From contig OZ024741.1 of NCBI GenBank assembly GCA_964016885.1, positions 30,442,001 to 30,506,000 on the forward strand: a DNA stretch of 64,000 nucleotides, read 5' to 3'. Made by a program: the position numbers and the translations under genes. Positions within the stretch are counted from its first letter, which is position 1. The number at the start of each line of letters is the position of its first letter. The notes below the pieces were generated by a model. It was not told the DNA's origin. It ran no database searches and saw nothing but the letters and a program-made list of their open reading frames with translations. Below, piece by piece: positions 13,335 to 25,457 of the stretch. The DNA is from Eledone cirrhosa (Eukaryota).

Positions 13335-15233
13335 TTACTTATCTTCCGGGCTCTTGTGAAAGTCGGGTTGTTCGACCTCCATAGTTAGTGGGGTTTCTTT
13401 TGGGAACCTCTTTAAAAGCCTTGAAGTGGGTTTTACGTTCGGAGTTCCGACGTCCCGAGGAAAGCTGTCTCGTATTTCTTTGAATATGTCGAGCGACATT
13501 CGCACCAGAACCAAATCTTCCGGCACCCGAAATGTGCTCGATTTAAAAATTTCCCCCTCTTTTTGTATATTTTCACTTCGTGCTACGAGGGACATCAGTT
13601 CCTTGTTGGCCCTCCTGACGAGCACGAAGTTTTGTATGTTTTGTTGGTGTGATTTTATTTGTTTGCGAGGCTATGGTGGTGATGATTTTGGTGGTGTTGT
13701 TTCGGTTGTATCTGTATTTGTTGTGAGTGCGGTATCTGTGGTTTCAGATGTTTGTGTGTATATTTGTTCTTGCGTCTGTTTCAGTTGTTTGCGTTTGGGG
13801 GATTCTGGTGATGGTGGTGTTGATGTTGGTGTTATTGTAGAGATGTTTGCGGGGGTGGTGTCTGCGTTTTTTTATTATGGGTGCTTTTGTGCTTTGTTGA
13901 GTTTTTTTTTTTCTTTTTGTGTTTCATTTTTTGCATTTTGGGGGATTTTGGATTTCCCTCATTTTCACTACTGGTAGATGAGGGGTCTGTGTCTGTAAAT
14001 GTGCCTGTATGTATGTTTAAGGTTTTATTGGTGTGTGTATTTTTTGGCGGGAAGGGGAAATTTGACAGCTTTCCTCGTTTCGCCCCTGGGTGGTCATATG
14101 TTTGGTGGTGGTCTTTCTATTGGTGTTGTTGTTGGTGGTTTTGCCGGTGAATTTGTTGGTTGTGGTCCTCGCCCCGGCTTCGGCAGCAGTGGAGCCTTTC
14201 GACCCCTTGTCTCTTTCAGCAGTTGAGGGCAGAAGGCTCGCAAATGGGTTTTTTCCCCACAAACAAAACACTGCGGCCTTTTGCCTTCGGTCATAATGTG
14301 ATTGACAGTCCCATTCTGAAGGCGGATGTGGTCTGGGATTGTCTTCACATTCTCGGGCCTCATCTGGAGATGGATCTCCAGGTCAACCCCGGACCAGTCC
14401 TCTCTTGCCGTTCTGGTCACTTCTATAGGGTCTGTATCCGTCCCCTTCACAATCACACATCCCAGAAGCCACCACATGTCAACTCCTGGTGGGATTCTGG
14501 GAATGCGGAGGCGGGCCGTTCTTTTTCCCATGTGGGAGGGGTACATTATGACCTTGCTGGTTTTGCAAGGAGTCATAGCGTGTTTCATAGCGAGGGCTTC
14601 TGACTTGAACAACACCGAAATGGTGCCGTACTGTCTGCCCATCTGTATGTACTGGGTGTCTTCTCTGATGTACCTCAGCGCGACTTCGATATCTTCTTGT
14701 GGGTTTAACGCTGCCCTTTTGGTTTGTGCTGAGATGCATCTATAATGCACCGTTTTGCTCTCCACTGCCTCAATAGCTTCTACCGGGACAGTTAAGTTGG
14801 CACAAGTTTGCTCTTGCTTGATGAGCTTCCATGCCTGGGCCAACTTTTCATCTTTGTTTGAGAGGTCCATGTTGAAGCGTCGCCTCTTTTTTACTGCTCC
14901 CGCAGCGAAAGTGGTCTTGTTTTCGTTGGGGGTGTTGTTGACGTTGTTCTTGTTGGTGTTGTTGCTAGCACTGTCGCTGTTATCATTGTTGTCTCTGTTG
15001 CCATCGTTGTTCTCGGTGCAGTTGGTATTGTTGCTGTTGGTGTTGTCGCTATTTGCTTTCATGTTGATATTGCTGTTATATTTGTTATTTTTTTTTTTGT
15101 TATCTGTATTTTCGTTGTCGCTGTTACTGTCATTTTTTTCAAAATTAGAGTTCTTATTGGTATCATTGGTGTCTTTGTTTACCTTGTTTGTGGTGGTGTT
15201 TGTGTTATCAATGTGTGTTAATTTCGCTGACAT
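13335..15233 (-). pseudogene. Tx1 copy B ORF1
   Basis: Asn-rich N-terminus starting MSAKLTH; CCHC knuckle; C-terminal piece 13335-13625. Confidence 0.82.
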
Positions 15234-15238
15234 AAACC

Positions 15239-18200
15239 CACAAGTCAGCAATGCTCGGACACTGGACGAGTGCGTGCCGGACGGTTTCGTCACCCTGCGC
15301 GCATCTCGGATATACCCGGCTGACGGCACATCCATAGCCTGTAGAATTTATCCCGAACTGGCAAAGCTCCCCGGTAGCACTGCCAGGCCAGGGATTTCTG
15401 GAAGTTGTCCATAGGCCCCGGCACGGAAGTCCTTCCGAAGAGATTGGCTAGTTGATTTTCGTCGACGCCTAGAGTTTCTCCAAGTACGTCGTCGCTCTTT
15501 CCCTCCACTGATCCTCTATAGAACGCCAAGGTGGAGTTTCCACCGATGACATTGCCCGATTGGTCGAGGGCTGTGAGTGCCAGAAAACATTCCAGTCTCC
15601 AAGCGCTCCCTCTCGGTCTTCGCTTGACCCAGTACTGCAGCTCCGTCAAGGAGTCGAGCTGGGGAAAGACGTGTCTAGCAAACAGCGACCACACCTGATC
15701 ACCGTTGAGGAAGAGGTGGAGATGTCGTAGCCTGAGCGCGTGTCTGCGCATCATCAGCCACGGCATGCCCAACCCTCCACGTAGCGGGTGTTGACAGCAG
15801 ATGGACCGCCTGACCATCGGAGCGCATCTTTTCCACAAAAAGCGAAAGAGCAAACGTTCCAGCGCAGTCAGGCGGGGCTTAGGACGAGGTACGACGGTCA
15901 GGCGGTAGTAGATGACGGACGCGATGTACGCGTTAGCCACCTCCGCTCGACCTTTCAGGGATAGCTTCCTCTCGGCCCATTTCTGGGTGAGAGAAGCCAC
16001 CCTGCTCGTCACCTCGTCCCAGTTTTTGTCCGTCTGGAGGTCCGGACCGAACCAGACCCCTAGCAATATAACCGGTCCGTCCGTCCAGCGTCCGACGACG
16101 CTGTTGGACGGCATGGACCTGCCTCTCCAGGAGCCGAGCTGCAGGCCCACTGACTTTTCCTGGTTGATCATTGCTCCTGTCACCGCTTCGTAATCTTTTA
16201 GTGTAGTGCCGTCGCCTCGGTGTGTTTGGCGTTCGACACCACTACGGTGACATCGTCCGCATATGCTGACACGGATCTTCCGCATCCTAGTTCGCGCGGG
16301 ACCCCCCTCAACGTCTCCAGTTTGTGCAGTAATGGCTCGAGAGTCAATACGTACAATAGGGACGAGAGGGGACATCATTGGCGGACCGAGCGCATGATGT
16401 TGAACGGTTCAGAAAGGTGACCGTTCACTCTCACCACAGAGCAGATGTCGCTGTGCATGGCAGCGATCCAGCCTCTGAAGACGGACCCAAAGCCAGCCGG
16501 CCTCAGGACTGCCGCTAGGTAACGATGGTCGACCCTATCGAAGGCTTTCGACTGATCTAAATTTATCAAAGACCCACCCGTGCCAGGTTCCCTAGCTACC
16601 CTCTCTACGATGTATCGCATCAGGTGGAGGTTGTCGTGGATTGATCTGTCAGGAATGGCGCATGTATGCGCCTCTCCCACCAGACCACCAACGACAAGCG
16701 CCAACCTCTTTGCTAGCACCTTGGCCAAAATCTTGAACTCTGTGTTTAGCAGAGTTATGGGCCTAAAATTATCTATGTTATCCCCCTTGTTCGGATCCTT
16801 TCTCAGCAGCGCCACCGCTCCTCGGCTCACAGAGCTGGGAATTCTCCCGTTCTGTTGCCAGTTGCAGTAGACGTCCGCCAAGAGGCCTCCGAACAAGTCT
16901 GGCATTTGTACGTAAAGTTCATAGGGCAGACCATCCAAACCAGGCGATTTACCCCTTGTGCAGCCAGTCATTGCCTCCCGTACTTCAGCGGCTGTTATCG
17001 GCTTTTCGCAACACTCCGCCTCAGTGGCCGAGAGCCGCGGTAGTCCGTTGAGGTAGACACTAAAGTCCATCCCTCGATCCGGCCCGCCGCTGCCGCCGAA
17101 CAGTTGAGCGAAGTGTCGCTGAAAAGCTTCACACATTTGCCCGGGATCGAGTAGCATGCGCCTGTCGTGGTCCAACAAAGACCGGATCGTGGCTTTGTTG
17201 CCACGACGCGCCTCCGCCACTCGGGCCCATTGAACGGCTTTCACCCCCTCGTGTCTGAGAGCACGCACCCTAGCTCTGACAACGCAGCCTTCGTGCTTTG
17301 CATTGAAGAATTGGTCCGTGTAGCTGTCTATCTTGAATTGTGGACAGCTTATGCTAGACCTATCTATTTCCGTATTCTGAGTGAGGTCATTTTGAAATGG
17401 AGTGCAAAAGATGGGAAAGACCACTTACCTTACTTCTTCTCGCAGAGGAAGGATGGTTACACCATCCCTTTTCACTTGATCGTCTGGTGAAGAGACCGAT
17501 GAATCGCCCCTTCGGCTGGTCGTCGGCTCTTCTCTGAGTATATCTGAATATACTCTCCGGTTGAGTGTCCCTCCTAGGTCTCTGAAATCACCAACTGCGT
17601 TGGGGAATTTCGTTTTAATGTTTCTGTACTGTTTCTGTGCTATTTTTAGCAGTCTTATGTTCGTTGGTGTTTTGATTGGTGCTGGTATTCTGTAGTCGTG
17701 CTCTGAAATGTCTGTGTTCAATTATGTAAGTCATTAGTTTCTTGTGTGTATTTATTGCTGTGCATTTGTTTTTCTGGGGGTGGGGTGCGGTTCTGCTATT
17801 TTCTTGTCGTTGTTGCTGGGTGTGTGTGTTTTGTTGTGTTTGCGATGTTGGTGCTTGTGGTGGTGGTATTGAAGGTGTTGTTGTTGTTGGCAGTGGGGTT
17901 GCCGGTGGTGGTGATGGTGGTGCTAGTGGGGGTGGTGATGGTGTTGGTGGTGTTGCTGCTGTAAGTCTTTTTGCAGTAGCCTTTACTCTATTTTCGTTTC
18001 TTTCCACCCGTTTCGAAGGCGACGATGCGCTGCTTATGCGTTTGGGCCTTCTTGCGACATTTTGCCATCCCTCTCCCACCTCACACTACATGTCCGATTC
18101 TGTGAGGTCGGGGAGGGGTACTAGCCCAACTCTTTCACTTGTTGTTGTTGGTGATGTTTGCAGTGGAGTCTCTGTTGCCGCTGCAGTTGGTATTGCTGTT

Positions 18201-19824
18201 GTTGTTGTTAATACTTCCACAGCTGCTGCTGTTCTTGATTTCCGTGGTGTGGGTATGGGTTCCACGGACCTATCCTTCCTGGTTGCCGCCTGCCCTGTTG
18301 CTGGTAGAAGTGGAGCCGGTTTCGGAAGGGGTGGGGTTTTCTCCTTTCTCAGGGTCTTCTCATTGCAGAAGGCCCTGAGGTGAGTCTTCGATCCACAGCG
18401 AAAGCATTTCGGGCGTTTGCCCTCAACACCTATGGGCTGTTGAGTGCCGTTATCAAAGTCTATCACATCCGGGATAGCTTCGATGCACTCCTGGTTGGTT
18501 TGGATTAACCTTTCAATGGAGGTGCCGACCCAATTATCTCTTACTTTTTTCTGTACTTGCAGTACAGTTGTTTTGTCCTCGATTCCGACCAGGACACACG
18601 CGGCCAGCCAAGAAGGGGCCATCCCGGGGGGGGGGGGGGGACGTGAGTCAGTTTGACGGTCACAATTTTTTGTCCGCAGTAGGAGGGCACCAACACCATT
18701 TCCTCGCTCCTTAGGGTCACTAAGTATTGAGACTTTGCCTCCTGGGGTGTGGCAAAAAGCACGTCCACGGTGGCATATTTCTTGCCTTGGGTGATATGAG
18801 TTTTCCGCTGTCACACGGACCCTAATGCGTTTTGTATTTGAGCCTCTGAGTTGGAGTGACTTGTGAAATCCAACGGGATGTTGTGCTTATTGTACGGTAC
18901 GTGACCGTACAGTGCTGTTGGGTTTCGAAAAATGTTTCGGCTGCCTTGCAGATTGCTCGGTGTCCAGTTTTCGTCACCATCTTCTTTGCTTCCTGTAATT
19001 CCTCATTTGTTATAAGGATGGTTTCCAGGTTCTTTGCGATACCTGCAAACGAGATTAGTTTTTCTTTGTTGTTGTTGTTGTTGTTGTCGTCGTCAGAGCT
19101 GCTGTTACTTTTGTTGTTGCTGCTGTACTACGATTGCCGCCGCCGCTGTTGCTGTGGTTGTTGTTGTTGTTGTTGTTGTTTTGTTGCTGCTGCTGCTGCT
19201 GTTGTTGTTGCTGTTGCTGCTAATGCTGTTGTTGTTTATGCTGCTGCTGATGCTGTTGCGGCTGCTACTGTTGTTTTTATTTTCACTGTTGCTGCTGCTG
19301 CTGTTGTTATTACGGCTGCTACTGTTATTATTCATGACGTCAGACGAATGAAATGGGTTTTCGTATTTACCGCACACCTTTTTCGTCGTTGTCGTCGTCG
19401 TGGAGAAATGTTCCACGTTTTGCACGTGATTTTGGAAACTATTTTTCTTTACTGGCGTCGCCTGCGAAACAGAAGGGAGGGAGAGGGACACATTTAGAGA
19501 AGGGGGGGGGGGGGGGAGAGAGACAATCTTCTCTCTGGTGTAGTGACGATTGAGGAAGAAGAAGACGGAATGAGTGAGAGTTACTTGTGAAAATTCTTTT
19601 TTGTAGCCATGTTTTTTTTGGTTTAAAATAAATATTGGGCACAACACCCCAATAAGCGGTTATTTAACCCCGAAGGGCCAAATAACGGGCATAAATACCC
19701 CTCTCACGAGGAGGAGGGGGTTTTTGTCTACAATTTGGTTACAGTTTTAAATAATTTAGAATTGTTATAGCGGTTAAAATTTACTATACCTTATAGCGCC
19801 GAGCCTCCGTCAACCATGGCATTC
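15239..19824 (-). mobile_element. Tx1/L1-clade LINE copy C; 3' end and most of the APE domain deleted
   Basis: RT motifs in 16375-17424 and 15290-16378. ORF1 pieces at 17425-18814 with CFRCGSKTHLRAFC. The 5' end abuts (AAT)n at 19825. Confidence 0.9.

Positions 19825-19880
<56 letters not shown>
19825..19880. repeat. (AAT)n between Tx1 copies C and D
   Basis: Direct reading. Confidence 0.97.
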
Positions 19881-19881
<1 letters not shown>

Positions 19882-20105
19882 TTCTTTATTAACCACAAGG
19901 GCTGAAACAAAGTATAACATTAAGGAAAACACAGGACAATACAAATGGGCATTTCTTCGTGTAAAAAAACAAAAACAGAGTATGTCATAAAAAAAAAGAA
20001 ACAAGAAAAAAAAAAAAATAATAATTAAAAGACAGCAAGGCGAATAATATCGGTGGGGGTTTGCATTATTTGTATGTAGTTTTCTCTTTACATTCATTTG
20101 TAGAC
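19881..20105 (-). mobile_element. Tx1 copy D, 3' UTR fragment only
   Basis: tttctttattaaccacaagggctga matches the A and B 3' termini (tttctttattggccacaagggctga). Confidence 0.75.
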
Positions 20106-20122
20106 AGTAATATATATATATA

Positions 20123-20685
20123 TTTCGTTTCTGAATTTGTTTAGCAAGATTCTTTATTTGAAAACGTGTGTTGAAATCGATATTGTTATGCTTAGGGAGG
20201 GTCATGTTGCCATTAAGAAACACACGCACCAGTTACTTCCACTTCAATTTATTATAAATAAAATTTATGAATTTATAAATTTCCAGTTGGTTGGTTGGTT
20301 TCACAACCAGACGATTGTTCATATATTGTCAAAGTTCTTTCGTCACACATTTTCTGACCTCTTCAGTGACTGGGGACTATTTTCTTTGTTTTTGTGCCTC
20401 TCCTTTGTTCTGTCCTACGCCATCTTGTTTTTTGGCGAAGGACAGAGCAAAGGAGAAGCACAAAAACAAAGAAAATAATCCCAGTCACTGAAGAGGTCAC
20501 AGAATGTGTGACGAAAGAACTTTGACAATATATGAACAATCGTCTGGTTGTGGAACCAACCAACCAACCGGAAATTTATAAATTCCTAAATTTGTAAATT
20601 TAATTTATAATAAATTGAAGTGAAAGCAACTGGTGCGTGTGTTTCTTATTGGTAACATGACTCTCACAAAGTATAACAATATATA
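20123..20685. mobile_element. Fold-back insertion (Penelope pLTR-like) with ~245-bp inverted arms; relatives at 22975-23330, 33570-33840 and 63370-63640
   Basis: Arms ~20178-20423 and ~20433-20685 are near-complementary; flanked by (TA)n; contains a hammerhead core. Confidence 0.75.
20484..20526 (+). ncRNA. Minimal type I hammerhead ribozyme candidate (mirror copy on - at ~20326-20370)
   Basis: gtca-CTGAAGA-g-gtcaca/gaatg/tgtgac-GAAA-gaac-TT-tgac. Stem I is gtca/tgac, stem II is 6 bp, cleavage triplet CUU. Confidence 0.6.
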
Positions 20686-20883
20686 TATAGATATTACTAA
20701 ACACACACATTGCACCCACACAGACAAATGCTTACACGAGCAGGAAACCGACTTGAGAGCATTATCTTTGTAAATATTTGTGTATGTGTATGTCTCGGCA
20801 AATACATGCTCACATACAAAACACGCATATATATATAAATATATATATATATATAGATAAATATATGTGCATAAATATATATG

Positions 20884-20915
<32 letters not shown>

Positions 20916-21053
20916 AGTATGTGTGTGTGTGTGTGGGGGGGGGGTATATACATACATGGATATGAAGACACTCTTCCTGCTATTTCAAGAGTTAAACTAA
21001 TATATTCCTTCCATATACTGTACCAATTGTGTTGTTATTTCTGTTTACCTTTT

Positions 21054-21141
<88 letters not shown>

Positions 21142-21143
21142 TA

Positions 21144-21705
21144 TAAGTATGTATACGTACATACATATATGTATACAGACGTACAGTAGTATGTATATAT
21201 ATATATACATACATGCACACATATGTATATGTACATATGGATTCACCGAAAGTTTATTATAATGCTCGGTGTGTTTGTAAACAAACATCCCGAATTAAGC
21301 CGTACAGTGTCTAGCAGCCATCGTTGCTCATTTGTTCAACACTGACAAAGGAACGCTGTACTAGTTTCAAGCTTATTAGCTATTGTCAGCAACGTATGAA
21401 TGATGTATATAATAATAAATTGAATTGGAACCATTGGTGTAGGTAAACGTAAGTAGAGTTCTGTTGTTTTCTTGGGGAGCAAATATGTTTACTAGTACAT
21501 GATATATATTTTCTTGTATACGTAGAAACCATCACAAACGGGCACGCCCAGTCGTGAAATAAGTACACAGAAATACATATATAATGGCGCGAAACAATGC
21601 ACAAAATTACCAACACAAGCAAATGTGTATAAATGTCCAAACACAAGCATATATATTTATGTAAAAGAATGGACGCACGGGAAAACACACACAATCTCAA
21701 ACAAA

Positions 21706-21763
<58 letters not shown>

Positions 21764-22020
21764 TATGTATACGTACATACATATATGTATACAGACGTAC
21801 AGTAGTATGTATATATATATACATACATGCACACATATATATATATGTACGTATAGATACACCGAACATTTATTATAATGCTCGGTGTGTTTGTAAACAA
21901 ACATCCCGAATTAAGCTGTACAGTGTCTAGCAACCATCGTTGCTCATTTGTTCAACACTGACAAAGGAACGCTGTACTAGTTTCAAGCTTATTAGCTATC
22001 GTCAGCAACGTATACCTTCC
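21144..22020 (-). mobile_element. Tandem direct-repeat element with two hammerheads (21354-21394, 21970-22010); pLTR/retrozyme-like
   Basis: A ~250-bp block is repeated at 616-bp spacing; it is the reverse complement of 36001-37035. Confidence 0.75.
21970..22010 (-). ncRNA. Minimal type I hammerhead ribozyme
   Basis: cgttg-CTGACGA-tagctaataagctt-GAAA-ctag-TA-cagcg. Stem III is the palindrome ACTAGT; cleavage triplet GUA. Confidence 0.8.
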
Positions 22021-22851
22021 TATTTATTATTATTATTATATACATATATACAATGTATACGTGTTTACAAGACAACTCAATCACTTCTTATCACTAGAGA
22101 TTTAATTTAATTACGTAAGTGAAGATAACGGAGATAATCCAAGAACCCAAACGAATTCAGAGCTGAGAGTACAGCGGCTGGAGCTTAACTTAAGCATATT
22201 ACTTTTAATCAATGTTTCTTGCTTTATTTATCACTCATAGCTTAAAAGAAATTTTTTTGACATGAAAGCTTTCATATTTCTATTGTCTCTAAGACTGATT
22301 GCGTATACGCCGCCAAAAAATAGAAACTAATATCCTAAGATTAGTACTTACCATTTTGCTGGAATGCGGATAGGTATATTAGGAGGAAAAATATAAGCAA
22401 AGATAATAGAAACATTGATATGTCCCATATTTTCAATATACAGGGCCCAAGTCAGCACGACAATAATGATATACACGCACATACACACTCCCATATAGGA
22501 TGTATTTTATTTTACATGTAGTTAGTGCTTTATTATGTATCGAACTGTTACGCGTATTTCACAGAGGATTGTCTCAAATCTACCTATAGTTTTTTGGACC
22601 CGACTGCATCATCGATCTGTTCTTCAGACTGGGGATTAAACAATAAAATGTCGGATCCATAACATGTATGGGTGAACTTGAACAAATCCTCTATGGAACG
22701 CGCGTGACAGTTCGATACACAATGACATTCTAAATACGTGTAAACGAAACTTCATCGTTTTTGTTAATATATACACTCTAGCTGTTCATCTGGTGCCCAC
22801 TTTCGTACCCCCATACGTATTTCACTGAATCACATACGCTATATATATATA

Positions 22852-22977
<126 letters not shown>

Positions 22978-23138
22978 TTGCAAGGATTTTGATATGAAAA
23001 TCGTATGTTGAAACAAATATTGTTATATTTGGAGAGGGTCATATTGTCCTAATACTGCCAGAAATAATAAAATACAACGGGAGAAAACATAATAGTACCA
23101 CTGGTAATGTCACAGATGTGTGACGAAAGAACTTTGAT

Positions 23139-23187
<49 letters not shown>

Positions 23188-23322
23188 GTCAATCAATGAT
23201 ACACATTGATTGACAGATAAATTAACTATGGAGATATAAAAGATACAGGAGGGAAAACCGACCCTAACCGAAGAGTGAGTGTGTTCTATTATTTCTGGCA
23301 ATACTATGTCCCTTCCCAAATA

Positions 23323-23386
<64 letters not shown>

Positions 23387-23388
23387 TA

Positions 23389-23475
<87 letters not shown>

Positions 23476-23902
23476 CTCGTTCTCGAAATATTAGTTAACT
23501 AGGGGAAGGAAATAGTTGGCAGGGGTCACGGCAAGGTACAGACGCCTGCATCTTTTCAAAGCAGGCAGAATGCATTAATCATTGCACTAACAGATCTGGT
23601 CCACTTATTGCCGTATTTTACAACATTTGAAGCTATTAGTTGGGAGTGTAAACAACTGGCTGATTTAAGAGACACTGGTAAGACACTGGTACTATACTAT
23701 ATCAATAGTTGGATGCAATAAATAACATTTGAAATAACCGAGTAAGGTGTATATATATGTATATTATAAAATTGTTGCTATGTATAAATATATATGCAAA
23801 TAAGTTCGCTGGTTGCTCTAACTAATAATTGCCGCTACACCAGTAACATGCACACACCACCCACCTGTATGTGGAATACATATGCTATCAAACTGCTGCT
23901 TT

Positions 23903-23963
<61 letters not shown>

Positions 23964-23970
<7 letters not shown>

Positions 23971-24263
23971 ATATAAGCTATCCCCGTATTTTGACTAAAG
24001 AAATTAAAGAAATCATTTAGTCTGATAGTGGGGTTAAGAACCCTCGGAGAAATGGAAAAAAGATGAGTATTGACGTACCCACATCTGGATAACCAAAGAT
24101 GTGGGTTCGACTCCCATGTATGTCAATACTCATCGTTTTCCATTTCTCCGAGGTTTCTTAACCCCACTATCAGACTATATAATTTCTTTAATTGCTTCAG
24201 TCAAAATACGGCGATAGCTTATATTTATAATTTCAAACTAGCTCCATGTTTCGAAAATATTAT

Positions 24264-24268
<5 letters not shown>
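23964..24268. repeat. Fold-back insertion in (TA)n with ~110-bp arms and a one-sided tail
   Basis: ~23964-24075 is complementary to ~24120-24230. Confidence 0.85.
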
Positions 24269-24314
<46 letters not shown>

Positions 24315-24317
<3 letters not shown>

Positions 24318-24752
24318 ACTTGAAATTGATTGACAGATATATATATCCAAAATAAACACATGAAACAATCACAGGGGATAATTTGTAAAGTGCGTAATCA
24401 CACATAGCTAGGTAGGTAACTAATTAAAGTTTAACTAGAGCTTCAAAAATTACCTTTTAAGAAATGATTAAACCTCCTTGTATATATTTCATTAAAGACA
24501 TATAATTCACCAATAATCCGTAAAGTAGTCAAATCTTGGATCTTCAGCTAGGAGGAAGAAATAACTATCTCTCTTTACACGTCAAATGCAAATCTGAGAG
24601 TGACCCGTCGCACGTGTTGCAATTCTAAAACCACTAACAAAATGCTAGCCTCTTCCCATTGGCGTAAATAGGATGGTCGACAAGTATAAATAGCAGCCGA
24701 GTCCTTTCAACCGATTTAGCTCTAAAATTAAGGAGCCGTTTATATTTCGGAT
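24315..24752. repeat. Dispersed repeat, same family as 51680-52586 and 57548-57968
   Basis: Shared cacacatagctaggtaggtaact motif and flanking sequence. Confidence 0.7.
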
Positions 24753-24949
24753 ATATATATATATATATATATTGTTATACTTTGGGAGGGTCATGTTGCC
24801 AATAAGATAAAGAATCTTGCTAAACAAATTCAGAAACGATATATATATATATATATAACGAAGGAAATGTGGTAAGGAACCAGGTGGACCATAACGCACC
24901 AAAGTACTCAATACTTAGGGTAGTAGAGTGGGTAATAGGAACAAGTAAG

Positions 24950-25043
24950 ACCCCGACGGCTGAGCTCAAGCCGTTTCGACGGCTAATCTGTACTGTATGA
25001 AAAATTAATTCTGGTATTTAAATAGCCGAACTTATCAAGGGGT
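24950..25043 (-). ncRNA. Type I hammerhead, U3-A8 variant (inverted pLTR copy)
   Basis: Reverse complement of 27811-27905. Confidence 0.7.
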
Positions 25044-25457
25044 AATTCCATATATGGTCAAAGAGATAATCACCAGGATTGGTCACATCACAAGTTAGTA
25101 GTAAATCTGTGATGGCAAGTTGGTGGGTGAAGGGGTAGCTAAACCTGCCAGTAGGAGAAAACGGGGAGAGGGGGTGGAGTAGACCCATTCATGCGTTGGT
25201 AGTGCCAGCTACAGCTGGGTGTGAGGTCAAAGAGGATACTGGGGAGGGGGAGGGGGAGGAGGTCGAAACGGTAAGTAGAACAATGAAAGGTAAAACTGTA
25301 AAAGGTACTGAGAGAGAGAAAAAATATAAGCAAAATCTGGTTACTCAGACTTAAGTCTATCGCTATTGCTAGGCTGAAGAAATACATAAATAAATAAATA
25401 AACAAATAAGTGAATAAAAGAATAGATAAATAAATTAAAAAAAAAAAAAAAAAAAAA

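Larger units (their letters stand above)
9867..15238 (-). mobile_element. Tx1/L1-clade LINE copy B (divergent subfamily), 5' UTR missing
   Basis: Same 3' terminus (CCCTTGTGGCCAATAAATGAAATC-(ATT)n). ORF2 pieces span 10008-13303. ORF1 spans 13335-15233 with CFVCGEKTHLRAFC. Confidence 0.9.

Noticed and set aside
4043-19553. Plus-strand ORFs over the Tx1 stack, including poly-Leu/Val 'membrane' ORFs
   Set aside because: They are antisense shadows of ORF1/ORF2 and of the Asn/Thr-rich tracts.
22575-22636. Isolated CTGANGA motifs (also ~28830, ~30285, ~30735, ~40333, ~49031)
   Set aside because: GAAA or the stems are missing or broken; at best these are decayed hammerheads.
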